Source: Blepharisma stoltei ATCC 30299 (lineage: Eukaryota; Protista; Ciliophora). From it: a stretch of DNA of 64,000 nucleotides. The stretch is taken from contig CBFDEM010000014.1 of assembly GCA_965603825.1 (NCBI GenBank), positions 62,001 to 126,000 on the forward strand. The letters are read 5' to 3'. The position numbers and the translations under genes were made by a program. A model generated the notes under the pieces. The model was not told the DNA's origin, did not search any database, and saw only the letters and a program-made list of their open reading frames with translations. Each line of letters starts with the position of its first letter. Within the stretch, counting starts at the first letter, position 1. Shown here piece after piece: positions 40,565-51,091 of this stretch.

Positions 40565-40943
40565 CTTAAATGATAAATATTATGTAACTAATCAATGAGT
40601 ATCTATCCTAAGAATTATGGCTTCTTTGGGATGAAAAGATATTGAAAAGATTTTTAAATGGCTGGCGAATTAAGAAATTTTTAAGATTCTAGAGGAGAAG
40701 GGATATAGATTCGAAATTTTATATATTAAGATCATTTAAATTGGGTGGGTGACAAAAATGCTTTAGGTTAAGAAATGTTGGATAATATATAAAGATATTG
40801 AAAATTATGTAAATATGGACCAGGTTTATTTTTTGCTTTTTGGCACCAAAAAATAAATTTCAAAGATGCAAAGCTTTGTATAAATAATGATATTTAACTT
40901 ATAGGACTATTTTGAGATGATTTAAAATTCTGAAATTTTTATT

Positions 40944-41288
40944 TTAAGCATTTCTATGAAGCTCAGTTTTGCATTTTTCAACCCAATTATTCCCAAGATT
41001 TCCTGAAGATTCAAACTCAATCAAAGATTCTTGGAATTTCATTTGGTAAAATAAAGCCTGACCTTTCCTAAAATGAGCTAAAGAAGATGATGGATCGATC
41101 TCGATTGCTCGGGTTGCTGAGATTTCTGCATTGTGTAGTTCTCCAAGCTTCAGATAAGAGGAAGATAAGCCTATTTGTGCTTCTAATGAGCAACTAGCAT
41201 CAGCAAGGGCTTCTTGGTATAGCGGAATAGCTGAACTAAATTGATCTTGAACAAAGAGGGAATTCGCTCGATTAAGACTTTCCATCAT
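40944..41288 (-). CDS. Small TPR-repeat protein (like the SGT1 N-terminal domain)
   Basis: Three TPR-like units, e.g. A..SATRAIEIDP...AHFRKGQALF. Confidence 0.85.
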   Translation of the reverse strand: MMESLNRANSLFVQDQFSSAIPLYQEALADASCSLEAQIGLSSSYLKLGELHNAEISATRAIEIDPSSSLAHFRKGQALFYQMKFQESLIEFESSGNLGNNWVEKCKTELHRNA

Positions 41289-41414
41289 ATTTTAATTTAT
41301 AAATAAAGTTCTTTCTACGCAAGTTCTAATTTTATATAATAAAAACCTCTCTAACAAACAGCTAAATATAATTTCTTATAATTCCAATTAAATATTAAAA
41401 ATTCACAAAATAAT

Positions 41415-41909
41415 CTAACTGACATCCTTTTCTATAAACGAGTTTTCGCCTTGGCTCGTCTTAACTGTATTAGTAGTGCTCGTTCTAAATCTGTTTATAA
41501 CTTCTTTAAGCTCAGTACTTGATATTCTTTTAAGCTCAGGCAGCTTGCTTTTACTTTTACTTCTAGATGGACTTACCTTTTTTAGCCTTGGTGATTTTTT
41601 CTTAACATCAGGAGTTTGTGAGCGAAGTTTTTTTTGTGTGTTACATTTACGTAAAGATTCGTCAAAAATGGGCCGAAAAGCGATCCTGTCGTTAATAAAT
41701 CCTCTTCGGGTTATCTATATTAAGTTTACAAGTTTTTGGTCAAATAACAATTTACGCTTGTATTTACTAGCGAAAAATCCAACCAAATTGGGGTCGCGTA
41801 GGCTATTATAGTCTGGAATTAGAGAGGATCTTGAAGCTGTGTCAACAGAGAATCCTGTATGTTTTCTTTTCTTGATAATTGATTTTCTCGATCTTATTTG
41901 AATATCCAT
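41415..41909 (-). CDS. Basic protein with ERICH3/DUF4590-N-like motif, one 15-nt intron (41715-41729)
   Basis: YNSLRDPNL.GFF...RK.L...KL|ITRRG.I after removing GTAAACTTAATATAG; exon 2 is open to TAG at 41415. Confidence 0.8.
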
Positions 41910-41924
41910 TACAAATAATTCCTA

Positions 41925-43454
41925 ATGGACGTTCAAAGAACATTTAACTACAACTTAGGTGTCTTAGGACACATAGATTCAGGCAAAACAAGCTTAGTCC
42001 GTGCTCTAAGCACCATTTTATCTACAGCCGCCCTCGACAAATCCCCTCAATCTCAAGAACGTGGAATTACCTTAGACTTAGGATTTTCTGCATTTAGAAT
42101 AGAAATGCCAAGTCACCTAAGCAGAGACTACACAGACCTCCAAATCACCCTTGTAGACTGTCCAGGCCACGCCAGCTTAATCCGGACCATTATAGCTGGA
42201 GCTTCTATTATCGACAAAATGCTATTAGTAATAGACGCCACCAAAGGTATCCAAACCCAAACTGCTGAGTGCATCGTTATAGGAGAACTTCTATTAAAAA
42301 GCAGCCTTATTGTCGCTTTAAATAAAGTTGACCTTGTAGACCAGGACAAGCTAAATAATGTGGAAAAAAGAATTAATGCAATGCTTTCTATGACAAAATT
42401 CAATAATAAATTCGGAATTTTAAAAGTAGCTGCTGCACCTAGAGAAGGAGATCCTATAGGTATAAGAGAGCTTATTGAAGCTATTTCAGGGTCTATTGAT
42501 GAGCTGCCGAGTAGAATAAATAATGAGCCACTTTATTATGAAATTGATCATTGTTTTCCAATAAAAGGACAAGGAACTGTGATGACTGGGACTATTTTGC
42601 ATGGAAATATGAGGGTAGGGGACACTTTGGAAATTATTCCTTTGGGGATTCAAAAAAAAATAAAATCAATGGAGTGTTTTCATCAGCCTGTAAATGAGGC
42701 GAAAAAAGGGGATAGAGTTGGAGTTTGCGTGACAGGGTTTGATTCTAAATTGCTAGAAAGAGGGGTTGCCTCTACCCCTAATACCTTGAGAGTTATACAG
42801 AAATCAATTATCCGCGTACAAATAATCCCGCATTATAAATTCCCGATAAAATCTAAAGCGAAATTCCATATCACGTGTGGGAATGAAACAGTCATGGGAA
42901 GCTGCGTATTTTTTTCAAGCCCGAATTTAAAAAATAGCCCAAATGAGGAGGATTTAGAAAGGTTTAGCCCAGATATGCTTTATCATTATGAAGATGAAGT
43001 TACTAAGTCTAATAAAAAGTATTGGGCTTTATTAACGCTGGAGAGTCCTATTTGTACTCTTGCTGACAGCTTAGTTATTGGTGCAAAACTTGATATTGAC
43101 GTAAATTCAAAAGCTTGTAGAATCGCATTTTCTGGGATCACAGAAGTTTTGGATCCTGAAATTTCTTGTGATTTTATCAAAGTTTCTAAACCAAAGAAAA
43201 AAGTAGGCCAAGTTGATAGAATTCAAGACCCTTATACTGCAATTGGTGTTGGAATGTTTAATAAAGAAACTGATATATCAAAATTTGTAGGACTTCAGGT
43301 AAAAGTTAATGGAAAAATTGGGGTAATTGTAAGCTCTTTTGGAAAAAGTGGGAAATTTAAGATAAATTTCCCTGAAGGAGATGCGGTGACTGGAGAAGTT
43401 GTATTAGAGTTCAATCGTTTGTTATGGGACCCACGAAATCAGATGGTTCAATAA
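41925..43454 (+). CDS. EEFSEC: Selenocysteine-specific translation elongation factor (eukaryotic SelB)
   Basis: NLGVLGHIDSGKTSLVRALST..STAALDK.PQSQERGITLDLGFS, TLVDCPGHASLIRTII.GA.IID, GIQTQTAEC, DHCFPIKGQGTVMTGT, KFHIT.G.ETV, CRIAFSG and FGKSGKFKI. Confidence 0.95.
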   Translation: MDVQRTFNYNLGVLGHIDSGKTSLVRALSTILSTAALDKSPQSQERGITLDLGFSAFRIEMPSHLSRDYTDLQITLVDCPGHASLIRTIIAGASIIDKMLLVIDATKGIQTQTAECIVIGELLLKSSLIVALNKVDLVDQDKLNNVEKRINAMLSMTKFNNKFGILKVAAAPREGDPIGIRELIEAISGSIDELPSRINNEPLYYEIDHCFPIKGQGTVMTGTILHGNMRVGDTLEIIPLGIQKKIKSMECFHQPVNEAKKGDRVGVCVTGFDSKLLERGVASTPNTLRVIQKSIIRVQIIPHYKFPIKSKAKFHITCGNETVMGSCVFFSSPNLKNSPNEEDLERFSPDMLYHYEDEVTKSNKKYWALLTLESPICTLADSLVIGAKLDIDVNSKACRIAFSGITEVLDPEISCDFIKVSKPKKKVGQVDRIQDPYTAIGVGMFNKETDISKFVGLQVKVNGKIGVIVSSFGKSGKFKINFPEGDAVTGEVVLEFNRLLWDPRNQMVQ

Positions 43455-43515
43455 TATAACGCCTTTTTATCTAAATTTTCCTTATAAATATGAAAATAAA
43501 TTGCTAATCTATTAA

Positions 43516-44412
43516 ATGTTTCAGAAAAGTAAATCCCAAAAAGTAAGTCCAAAACACACAGAAGCCCCATATAGGCTTGTTTTACCCCAAAATTTTGCTG
43601 AAGATGTCCTTAACCAAGAAATGGCCTTAAGCATTCAATGTTCAATTCCTCAAGTATCAAGATTAATGGAGCTTTATTCAGTAAAATCGAAATAGGCAGC
43701 TATTGAATATTATGAATCTATTCCAGACCTTAAGTACCTTCATTATCAAGAGCGGCTTCAAAAATTACTAACTCGCAGGGATGTTCTAAAGCTTCTAAAT
43801 GATCAACCTCACCGATCATCAAAATTATCAGAATCAGCCCCAATTTCTATTAGAAAACCTCCAGAAAAACTGAAATTAAAAATAAAGCCAGTCATCCCAT
43901 ATGAAGAAATAGCACCGACACAGCCAGTCATTGTTAGAGGAGCTGAGGAAGTAATAACCACTCATAATAAAGAAACTAATATTACAAGTAATAAAGTTAG
44001 AGATAACATACGAGTCCAAGAAGGAAAAGAGCTTAAAGAAAGACTAGAAGCAAGGAAAAGGTCTAACAGCTCACAGCCAATCCAAAGGAAAAATAGCTAT
44101 AAAAATGGGAAAAAGCCAGACATGGAAAATCAGATGGAGAAATATCAAGAAGAAATTGAAAAAATAATCGAAAAATATTTAGAGAAAAAAATTGTGAAAA
44201 TTCAAGAAATTAAAGAAAAATATAAAGAGCAAATGAATGAAATTAAAGCTATGGGAGATAATGGTAAAAAATATATAGATACAATTAAGGAGATTTTAAG
44301 AGAAATGGATAAGCAAATGCTTCGAGAAATTGAAGAGATTACACAGCAGTTAGCTCAGGAAAGGAAAAATGAGATTGCAGAGCTGAAAGGAAAAAATATA
44401 TTTGAGTTGTAA
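43516..44412 (+). CDS. Coiled-coil hypothetical protein, one 15-nt intron (43681-43695)
   Basis: ATG 43516. Removing GTAAAATCGAAATAG gives LMELYS|AAIEYYES and joins in frame to ORF 44122..44412. Confidence 0.82.
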
Positions 44413-44423
44413 AGATAATTAGT

Positions 44424-45638
44424 TTAGTGCTCAAGTGTATTAAGCTTATTAGTAATTTTTTCTTGCGAACTTTTTTCTGCGAAATATGGTTTAAATCCGA
44501 AATATTTCAAAACAAAGTTTACCGCTTCTTTTGACTTTTCAGCCATAAGATCAATATCTGGCTTTGAAGCTTGAGCTGTTCCAAACGAATCTCGGCTTAC
44601 CAGTACATTAAAAAATTCTTCAGGCTCTAAAAACCCACTATCATCTAGATCCAGTAGCTCCACAAACACCTTTATCTGAATATCACTAATACTAAGTCCA
44701 TTATTTCTGCAGAATTTTGAGTCTTTGCATAGCTTGGCTAAGACTTTTTTAATGTCTTTTCTGCTTAATGCTCTACCATGTTCAGTTCGTTTAAATAACA
44801 AAGCGTTTTCCAGTCTTTTGCTTTGTTGAAGAATAATCATAAATGCCATGTATTCGGAATATTTAACCCTTCCTTTTAGTTTTAAGGTCTCTAGTCTTCT
44901 TAAATATTCAGCAGCTTTGGAGACAGGCATATAAGAAATGATACTTTTTGCGAAATCTTCTGAAGAAATGCTCATATCTTCGTCAACTTCAAAAGCATGG
45001 AATTCATAATAAAGGAGTTCTTCCATTATGAGATTTTTTAGATTCATAAATTCTCTCCAAGAAATCAGATTTTTATCATTTTTGAAGAAGAGTTCTGATA
45101 AAGTTAAGCAGGACTCTCTAAACTGCTCGTCCGTCACATTTGAGCTCCTCGGATCCAGATGGCCTTTAGTATTGACCATATGTTTCCCTTGTGGAGATCT
45201 CTTTTTTGCTTCTTTCATTATTTCAATAAATTGCTCTCTGGTTACAGTTCCTCCATATGACTTAAACATTTCTTTAAACCATTTAGCCCCTGTGCTCAAC
45301 AAAACTATAAAAAAGAAATATTCTGAAAAGCTTAATTTCCCATCTCCATTGGCATCAGCGATTTTAAACACTAAACTCTCATGAGAATCGAAAAAATTCT
45401 GATTCACGCATGAAGAATAGTTGTAAGGAGTTATGGCTTTAAAGAAATCTGCAACCGACATATAGTAATTTTTTCTTTCTTTAATTGATGCGAAAGTTTC
45501 GAAGACTTTTTCTGGGTTTGCGTTTTGGCGGATTTTATTTTCGTAAGTCCCACGAATGTTTTCATTATAGGGTGCTGGGGCTGAGAATACTACTGAAGCT
45601 TTGGCAAGTGGAAGAGCTAAAAGGATGTATTTATTCAT
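44424..45638 (-). CDS. MICU1-like mitochondrial calcium-uptake EF-hand protein
   Basis: YENKIR...PEKVFETFAS, YMS..DF..AITP, DANGDGKLSFSEYFFF, ISSEDFAK and LDLDDSGFLEPEEF. Confidence 0.88.
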   Translation of the reverse strand: MNKYILLALPLAKASVVFSAPAPYNENIRGTYENKIRQNANPEKVFETFASIKERKNYYMSVADFFKAITPYNYSSCVNQNFFDSHESLVFKIADANGDGKLSFSEYFFFIVLLSTGAKWFKEMFKSYGGTVTREQFIEIMKEAKKRSPQGKHMVNTKGHLDPRSSNVTDEQFRESCLTLSELFFKNDKNLISWREFMNLKNLIMEELLYYEFHAFEVDEDMSISSEDFAKSIISYMPVSKAAEYLRRLETLKLKGRVKYSEYMAFMIILQQSKRLENALLFKRTEHGRALSRKDIKKVLAKLCKDSKFCRNNGLSISDIQIKVFVELLDLDDSGFLEPEEFFNVLVSRDSFGTAQASKPDIDLMAEKSKEAVNFVLKYFGFKPYFAEKSSQEKITNKLNTLEH

Positions 45639-45938
45639 TTTTTATTATATTTACCTTTTTCATGCTCCATGATTATGTTTTTGACTTATATTTTTGGCTA
45701 ATTAGTTATTATTAATATATAAAACAAAGACTTTTATATTAAAAAAATTATAATTTAGGAGGTATTTATTTATTATATGATTTTTTTTATTTAATTTACT
45801 TGTACATCAAAATGCTTATCAATACGGCGGAAATTCTGTTTTTTCTATTAAAATTTACAAAAAATGATTTTAATATCAATGCTCTTAAAGAATAATATTT
45901 TCATTGTAATCACCACATGAATTAACGGTTTAACATAA

Positions 45939-47438
45939 ATGGAAGGTACACCAGGAACAATAGGCCTTAGACGTGAAACAAAAACGTACTGGGAGAGGCG
46001 TGTAGCTATTACACCTAAAGATGTCACAGTCTTGATAAATGAAGGAATTCGTGTTTTAGTTCAGCCATCTCCAACCCGATGTTTTTCTGACATCGAATTT
46101 TTAAAAGCTGGAGCAGAAATAACAGAAGACCTTTCTGAAGCTCAGTTGATTATTGGGATCAAAGAAGTTCCCATTGCAGAGCTACTGCCTAACAGGTCAT
46201 ACCTATTCTTTTCACACACATATAAAGGCCAGCCCTACAATATGCCATTGCTAGATGCATTGTTAGAGAAGCGAATCAGGCTTTTTGACTATGAATTAAT
46301 CAAAGACGTCAACCCACCTCACAATCGTCTTGTAGCTTTTGGGGTTTTTGCCGGAAATGCAGGGGTTATTGATTTTATTCAAGGTCTTGGGAAATTTTTG
46401 CTGATGAGAAATATCTCGACTCCTTTTATTTTGCAAGGATTTTCTTATATGTATAGAAATCTAGCAGACGCCTGCCAGAATATAAGAAATATTGGAGAAA
46501 TCATATCAAAAGAAGGATTTTTACCTTCCTTGTCACCTATGATTTTTGGAGTAACAGGAACCGGAAGATGCGCTGAAGGAGCGATGCAGATTTTGACGAT
46601 TTTCCCTCATGAAATATTGACTCCTGAGGAGTTGCTGAAATTTGAGCCAACTCCGGAGTCGAGGTTCAAGATTTATATTGTGCAATTTCCCTCTGATAAA
46701 ATTATAGAGAGAAAAGAAGGAGGCGGATATGATAGAGAAGAATTCCATGAAAATCCTGAGCTGTATCAAAGCACGTTTATTAAATATGCAGAAAAATTGT
46801 CAGTCATTGTACATTGTGCATTTTGGAGCACAAAACAGCCAAGATTATTAACTATAGAACAAGCAAGAACACTTAAGGGGAGGCTCTTAGGTATTTGCGA
46901 TATTTCATGCGACTTTAATGGTGGAATTCAAATTTGCCGAAAATTTACAACGCCAGAAGACCCATTCTATCTATACTGCCCTACTGATGATAGAATTTAC
47001 AGACTCAACCAAGAGCATGCCCAAACTTCAATTCTCTATCACAGTATGGATTTTTTGCCCTCTGAGCTGCCTAGAGATGCCTCAGAGCATTTTTCTCACA
47101 AAATATTAGGATATGTCCGAGAACTTGCATGGGATAACGCTAATAAACCATTTGAAGAAATGTCGCTTCACCCTGAAATAAAGCACGCTATGGAGACTTG
47201 CCATGGAGATTTGACGCCGAGTTTCCAATATATTAAAGAATTAAGGAAAAAAACAGTCATTCCTGTAGACACCCATGACCATGTCTATGAAATGGGCCAA
47301 ATTATTTCAAAAAATGAAGATTTATTAGCAGACCTTGAAAATACAAAATATAGACAAGGGTTAATACCAGAGTCAGAAAATGCTATATATCAGCTGAGTG
47401 AGATTATTGAAGATAACAATAACATAATACAAGGGTAA
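45939..47438 (+). CDS. Lysine-ketoglutarate reductase (LKR domain of AASS), stand-alone
   Basis: IGLRRET..YWERR, VLVQPS..R, IGIKEVP, FFSHTYKGQPYNMPLLD, RLVAFG.FAG.AG, ICDISCD..G and DFLPSELPRDASEHFS. Confidence 0.9.
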   Translation: MEGTPGTIGLRRETKTYWERRVAITPKDVTVLINEGIRVLVQPSPTRCFSDIEFLKAGAEITEDLSEAQLIIGIKEVPIAELLPNRSYLFFSHTYKGQPYNMPLLDALLEKRIRLFDYELIKDVNPPHNRLVAFGVFAGNAGVIDFIQGLGKFLLMRNISTPFILQGFSYMYRNLADACQNIRNIGEIISKEGFLPSLSPMIFGVTGTGRCAEGAMQILTIFPHEILTPEELLKFEPTPESRFKIYIVQFPSDKIIERKEGGGYDREEFHENPELYQSTFIKYAEKLSVIVHCAFWSTKQPRLLTIEQARTLKGRLLGICDISCDFNGGIQICRKFTTPEDPFYLYCPTDDRIYRLNQEHAQTSILYHSMDFLPSELPRDASEHFSHKILGYVRELAWDNANKPFEEMSLHPEIKHAMETCHGDLTPSFQYIKELRKKTVIPVDTHDHVYEMGQIISKNEDLLADLENTKYRQGLIPESENAIYQLSEIIEDNNNIIQG

Positions 47439-47487
47439 TTTAGTTTAAGTTAAGTTAAAATATAGATAGCTTTAATTGATAATAAAT

Positions 47488-48849
47488 ATGGTTCTGGCGA
47501 ATTTACTCATTGGTCTCTTGATGATTTATACTAGTAGTTCAAATACCATTGATGAAAAAGACTCCTTATGCAAGGAATATGACTCTAATAATAAAATTTC
47601 TGACAATTCATTGCAAAATGGTTGTTTAGAGAATTTACATAATAATTGTGAGAAGAATCTGAAAATCGCATTTTTTGGAGATCATATTAAAAGCCATAAT
47701 ACCCCAGCTTATCCTTTGGTTCAATCCCTTATAGCCACCGGTCATGAAATTTGGTATTTTGGGTATATAGAAGATAAAGTCCCAATAGAAAAAATAGGTG
47801 GAAAATTTTTCCTGTATCCTGATAATAAAGGAATTGGTCATACTAGTGCAAATATGAGGCAAGTCACTAGAAATGCATCAGGGCTATTTAATATTAAAAT
47901 TTTGACTGGGTTAGCTGAAATTTATGCACCATGGTTCATTGAAAATTTCAAAAATGAAAAATTTGATGCGGTGATTTATAGCTTTTTTGGAATCTGGGGA
48001 AATGCAATAAGCAAGTTTCTTAATGTTAAATCAATTTGTTCAAACCCTAGCTGGCTAAGAAAGCCTGAAATGGTTGAAATTACGTTTACAGAAGGCAAAG
48101 ATCAGCAAAACTCAATATTAAAATCATTTAATGATAAATACCATACATTTTATATCCCAACAGATATAATTACTTGCTGGAATGCTGATAAAGTCATAGT
48201 TTACTCGTCTCAAAATCTTTTTCAGGCAGCTTTAGGGTCTGAAATGCCAAATCCTGATAAATTTTTCTTTTATAATAGTCGAGTTCCTGATCCTGATTCT
48301 CTGAGTATATCAAAAACCCTTTCCCAAGGCAGCACCATTTATTGCACTTTAGGGACCATGTTTAACTGGAATGAAGAGTTCTACACCTCATCAATAAAAT
48401 ATTTAAGCAAAACAGATTATAAGCTTATAATATCAGCCGGAGGAAATAAAGAAATTTATGATAAACTGAAAACCCTTTATCATTTTGATAATATTGAAAT
48501 CCATTTATTTGTAAACCAAACTGAAATTTTGCATAATTCAGCCGTTTTTATATCCCACGGAGGGCCGAGTAGCTTTTTTGAAACATTATTTTATAGGGTT
48601 CCTATAATTGTAGTGCCTCAAGGAGGTGACCAGTTTGCGATTGCTAAAGCTGTAGAGAAGTTTAAAATCGGGGTTGATTTGACGAAATTTAAAGAAAATC
48701 TTGATGAAGGAATAAGTTTGGCTATGAAAGAAATAGAAGCGAATTATGGGCTGTATCAAAAAAATATAGAAAATGTCATTAGAAACTATTTGGTAGGGAA
48801 AACTACAGAAGAAGTAACGAGTGATATTACAGATTTTATTTTAACTTAA
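47488..48849 (+). CDS. GT1 UDP-glycosyltransferase, MGT/OleD-like, with N-terminal signal peptide
   Basis: HNTP.YPLV..L...GHEI, IY.TLGTMFN and the UGT signature FVNQTEIL..SAVFISHGG.SS..E.L...VP.IVVPQGGDQF. Confidence 0.88.
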   Translation: MVLANLLIGLLMIYTSSSNTIDEKDSLCKEYDSNNKISDNSLQNGCLENLHNNCEKNLKIAFFGDHIKSHNTPAYPLVQSLIATGHEIWYFGYIEDKVPIEKIGGKFFLYPDNKGIGHTSANMRQVTRNASGLFNIKILTGLAEIYAPWFIENFKNEKFDAVIYSFFGIWGNAISKFLNVKSICSNPSWLRKPEMVEITFTEGKDQQNSILKSFNDKYHTFYIPTDIITCWNADKVIVYSSQNLFQAALGSEMPNPDKFFFYNSRVPDPDSLSISKTLSQGSTIYCTLGTMFNWNEEFYTSSIKYLSKTDYKLIISAGGNKEIYDKLKTLYHFDNIEIHLFVNQTEILHNSAVFISHGGPSSFFETLFYRVPIIVVPQGGDQFAIAKAVEKFKIGVDLTKFKENLDEGISLAMKEIEANYGLYQKNIENVIRNYLVGKTTEEVTSDITDFILT

Positions 48850-48952
48850 ATAGAGATAATTATGGAAGTGCAAAAAAGAAAATTAATAAAAAATAATATT
48901 TAAGCAAAATATTGAATAAAAAGTATCTATTAGTAACATAAAACTATCAATT

Positions 48953-50626
48953 TTACTCATACAAAGTGATAGTCTCTTCCTGAATATTCTTGGCTGACCC
49001 CGACTTCTTCAAAAGTGCTCCAAATATTATATTCTGTTTTGACCTCTGCATCAGCACCGGTCCCATATCTTCATCACTTTCAGCTAATTTTTTTAGATTT
49101 TTCCACGCATTTTTGATATACTGCGTTTCCTCAATCATTTCACTACACAAAAATCTGGTAATATCAATAGCCAAAGTTGTCGTATATACAAGTTTGCATT
49201 TTTCTATTATATCTTCTTCATCATTAATTTTATTTTCAGGGCTGGCTGGTTCATCTGTGCTATCAGTTGCTGCCCTTTGTTTTGGGGCTTGAATTGTATA
49301 AATATCATATTTGCTTTCGCTGCATTTTACTCTTTTATGGGTTGGGCGTGGTGGAGCTTTAGGGTGTTCAATAGAGCCATATGTCAAAATTGCGTGTCCT
49401 GGCTCAAGAGTGATGGTCCTTATTAGTGATAAATCAACGACTTCATTTCTGTCTGATACAAAACCCATCAGAATTATGGACTGTTTTTCGTTGATTTTTT
49501 CGACTATTTCATAGTCAGACACAAAAGTGTCTCATTTTTTCCTGAGGTGGGGTTCAGTAATAATGTCAATTATGGTGTCGAGGGAAGCGTTAATCTCCAT
49601 TTCACATTTGGCTTCGATAAAATTCCCTGATTTTTTGTAGCTGAGCTCAAGATTGCCTGGGTAGCCATCTGTGTTCAGCTTTTTCCAGGAGGAAGAGGTG
49701 TTATCGCTGGCAGAGCGTGGGGAAATTTGTGGCTGGAAGGTATTTTCGTTTCAGTTTTCAAAGGCTATGATTGCTTTTCTGTCGTCATTTAGAATGTAGT
49801 TTAATAAATGACTGTCTCCAAGCTGCTCTTTGATTTTCCCACAAATTTGCCAGGCAAGTTCTGCGGAATCTCCCTGGAAGGCTCGATTTAAATGAAGGTT
49901 TAATTTCATATCTCGAAGCACATCCATGCTGATTTTCATCATTGCGTCAATAATAGTTTGATAATACCTGAAGGTAGTTGAGCTTGTGAGTTTATATAGA
50001 ATGTCCAATGCTTTTGATCCTATTACTTCAACCCCGCACAGAGGCATAAGTTTCATCAGTAAAATTGTAGCGACTGGCATCGAAATTTCTTGTTTTTGGT
50101 TAAAAAACTCCCTTTCGAATTTTTCTATGGCTTTAAGTCTTTTATGTTCTGACTGGTCAACTCTTTTAATAAAATTAGCAACACACAACTCAGTTGGACT
50201 TAGCTTGCAAGTTGCTGATTTCCCACGATCTAAAAATAGCAACCGGAAGTTTTCTGGAATTTCAAGGAATTCACCCAAACTTTGGAGGGTTTGTGGGAAA
50301 TTTAAGGAAGAAGAAATTCATTCCTCCAGAACCCTTTTTCGGGATTCTATACATAAATGATGCTTTTTCCCGAGAAGTTTCTTCTCAGGGAACTTTGGAA
50401 GCTGGGGCCAATACTCATCGGAATTTGGGTGGGTCCTCAGAGCGTTTCTGAGTTGATGAAATTGACTGTAGCGCTTAAAAATTCTGTACTTGTAGGTGTG
50501 AAATGTTATAAGGACTTCGTATTCCTGAATGAATTTTACTGTGAAATTGCTTTTAAATACTTGATTAGTGCATCTTAATGCGGTTCTAGGAATGGTAACA
50601 TTAATACAACTATCTAAAAGTTCCAT
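48953..50626 (-). CDS. PX-domain + START/SRPBCC lipid-binding protein (~557 aa)
   Basis: PX motifs RIFKRYSQF..L, LPKFPEKK and ESRK..LE. START-like W.KL, RKK-W(TGA)-D, R..VDL and SIEHPKAPP...RV. Three ORFs share a frame across TGA codons. Confidence 0.85.
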
Positions 50627-51091
50627 GACTTTTTATAAAATAATGTTACGTCATAATTTATTTTAGAAAGGAGCAGTTATTTAAGAAAAATTGATGATGA
50701 AGAATTATTGTGAGAAATAAGTGAAACGAGTTTTATTAGAGGATTAATTATTTAATGCTACTTAAAAATTATAAATGGTTTATAAATTTTATTAAATAGG
50801 AATAGCCAATGTAAATTGCCATTTTCTGGAAATCATTTGATAAATATGTTCTAAAGTTTGATATATTGATTTATAAGGCATTAATCCTCTATTTTTCTAA
50901 TAAATTCAAAGATTATGCATAAGCAAATCTCTTATAAAGACATATATACAAAAATCATAATTAAATAATTGCTGCCAGCAATATAAATTCTTAATAGCCT
51001 CTTCCAAATCCCAAAAATTTTATCGAGCCTTGTTTACATTTCAAACTAAATTAATTTTAAATTCGGTTAAAAGTATTAAAATTGCAGATAT

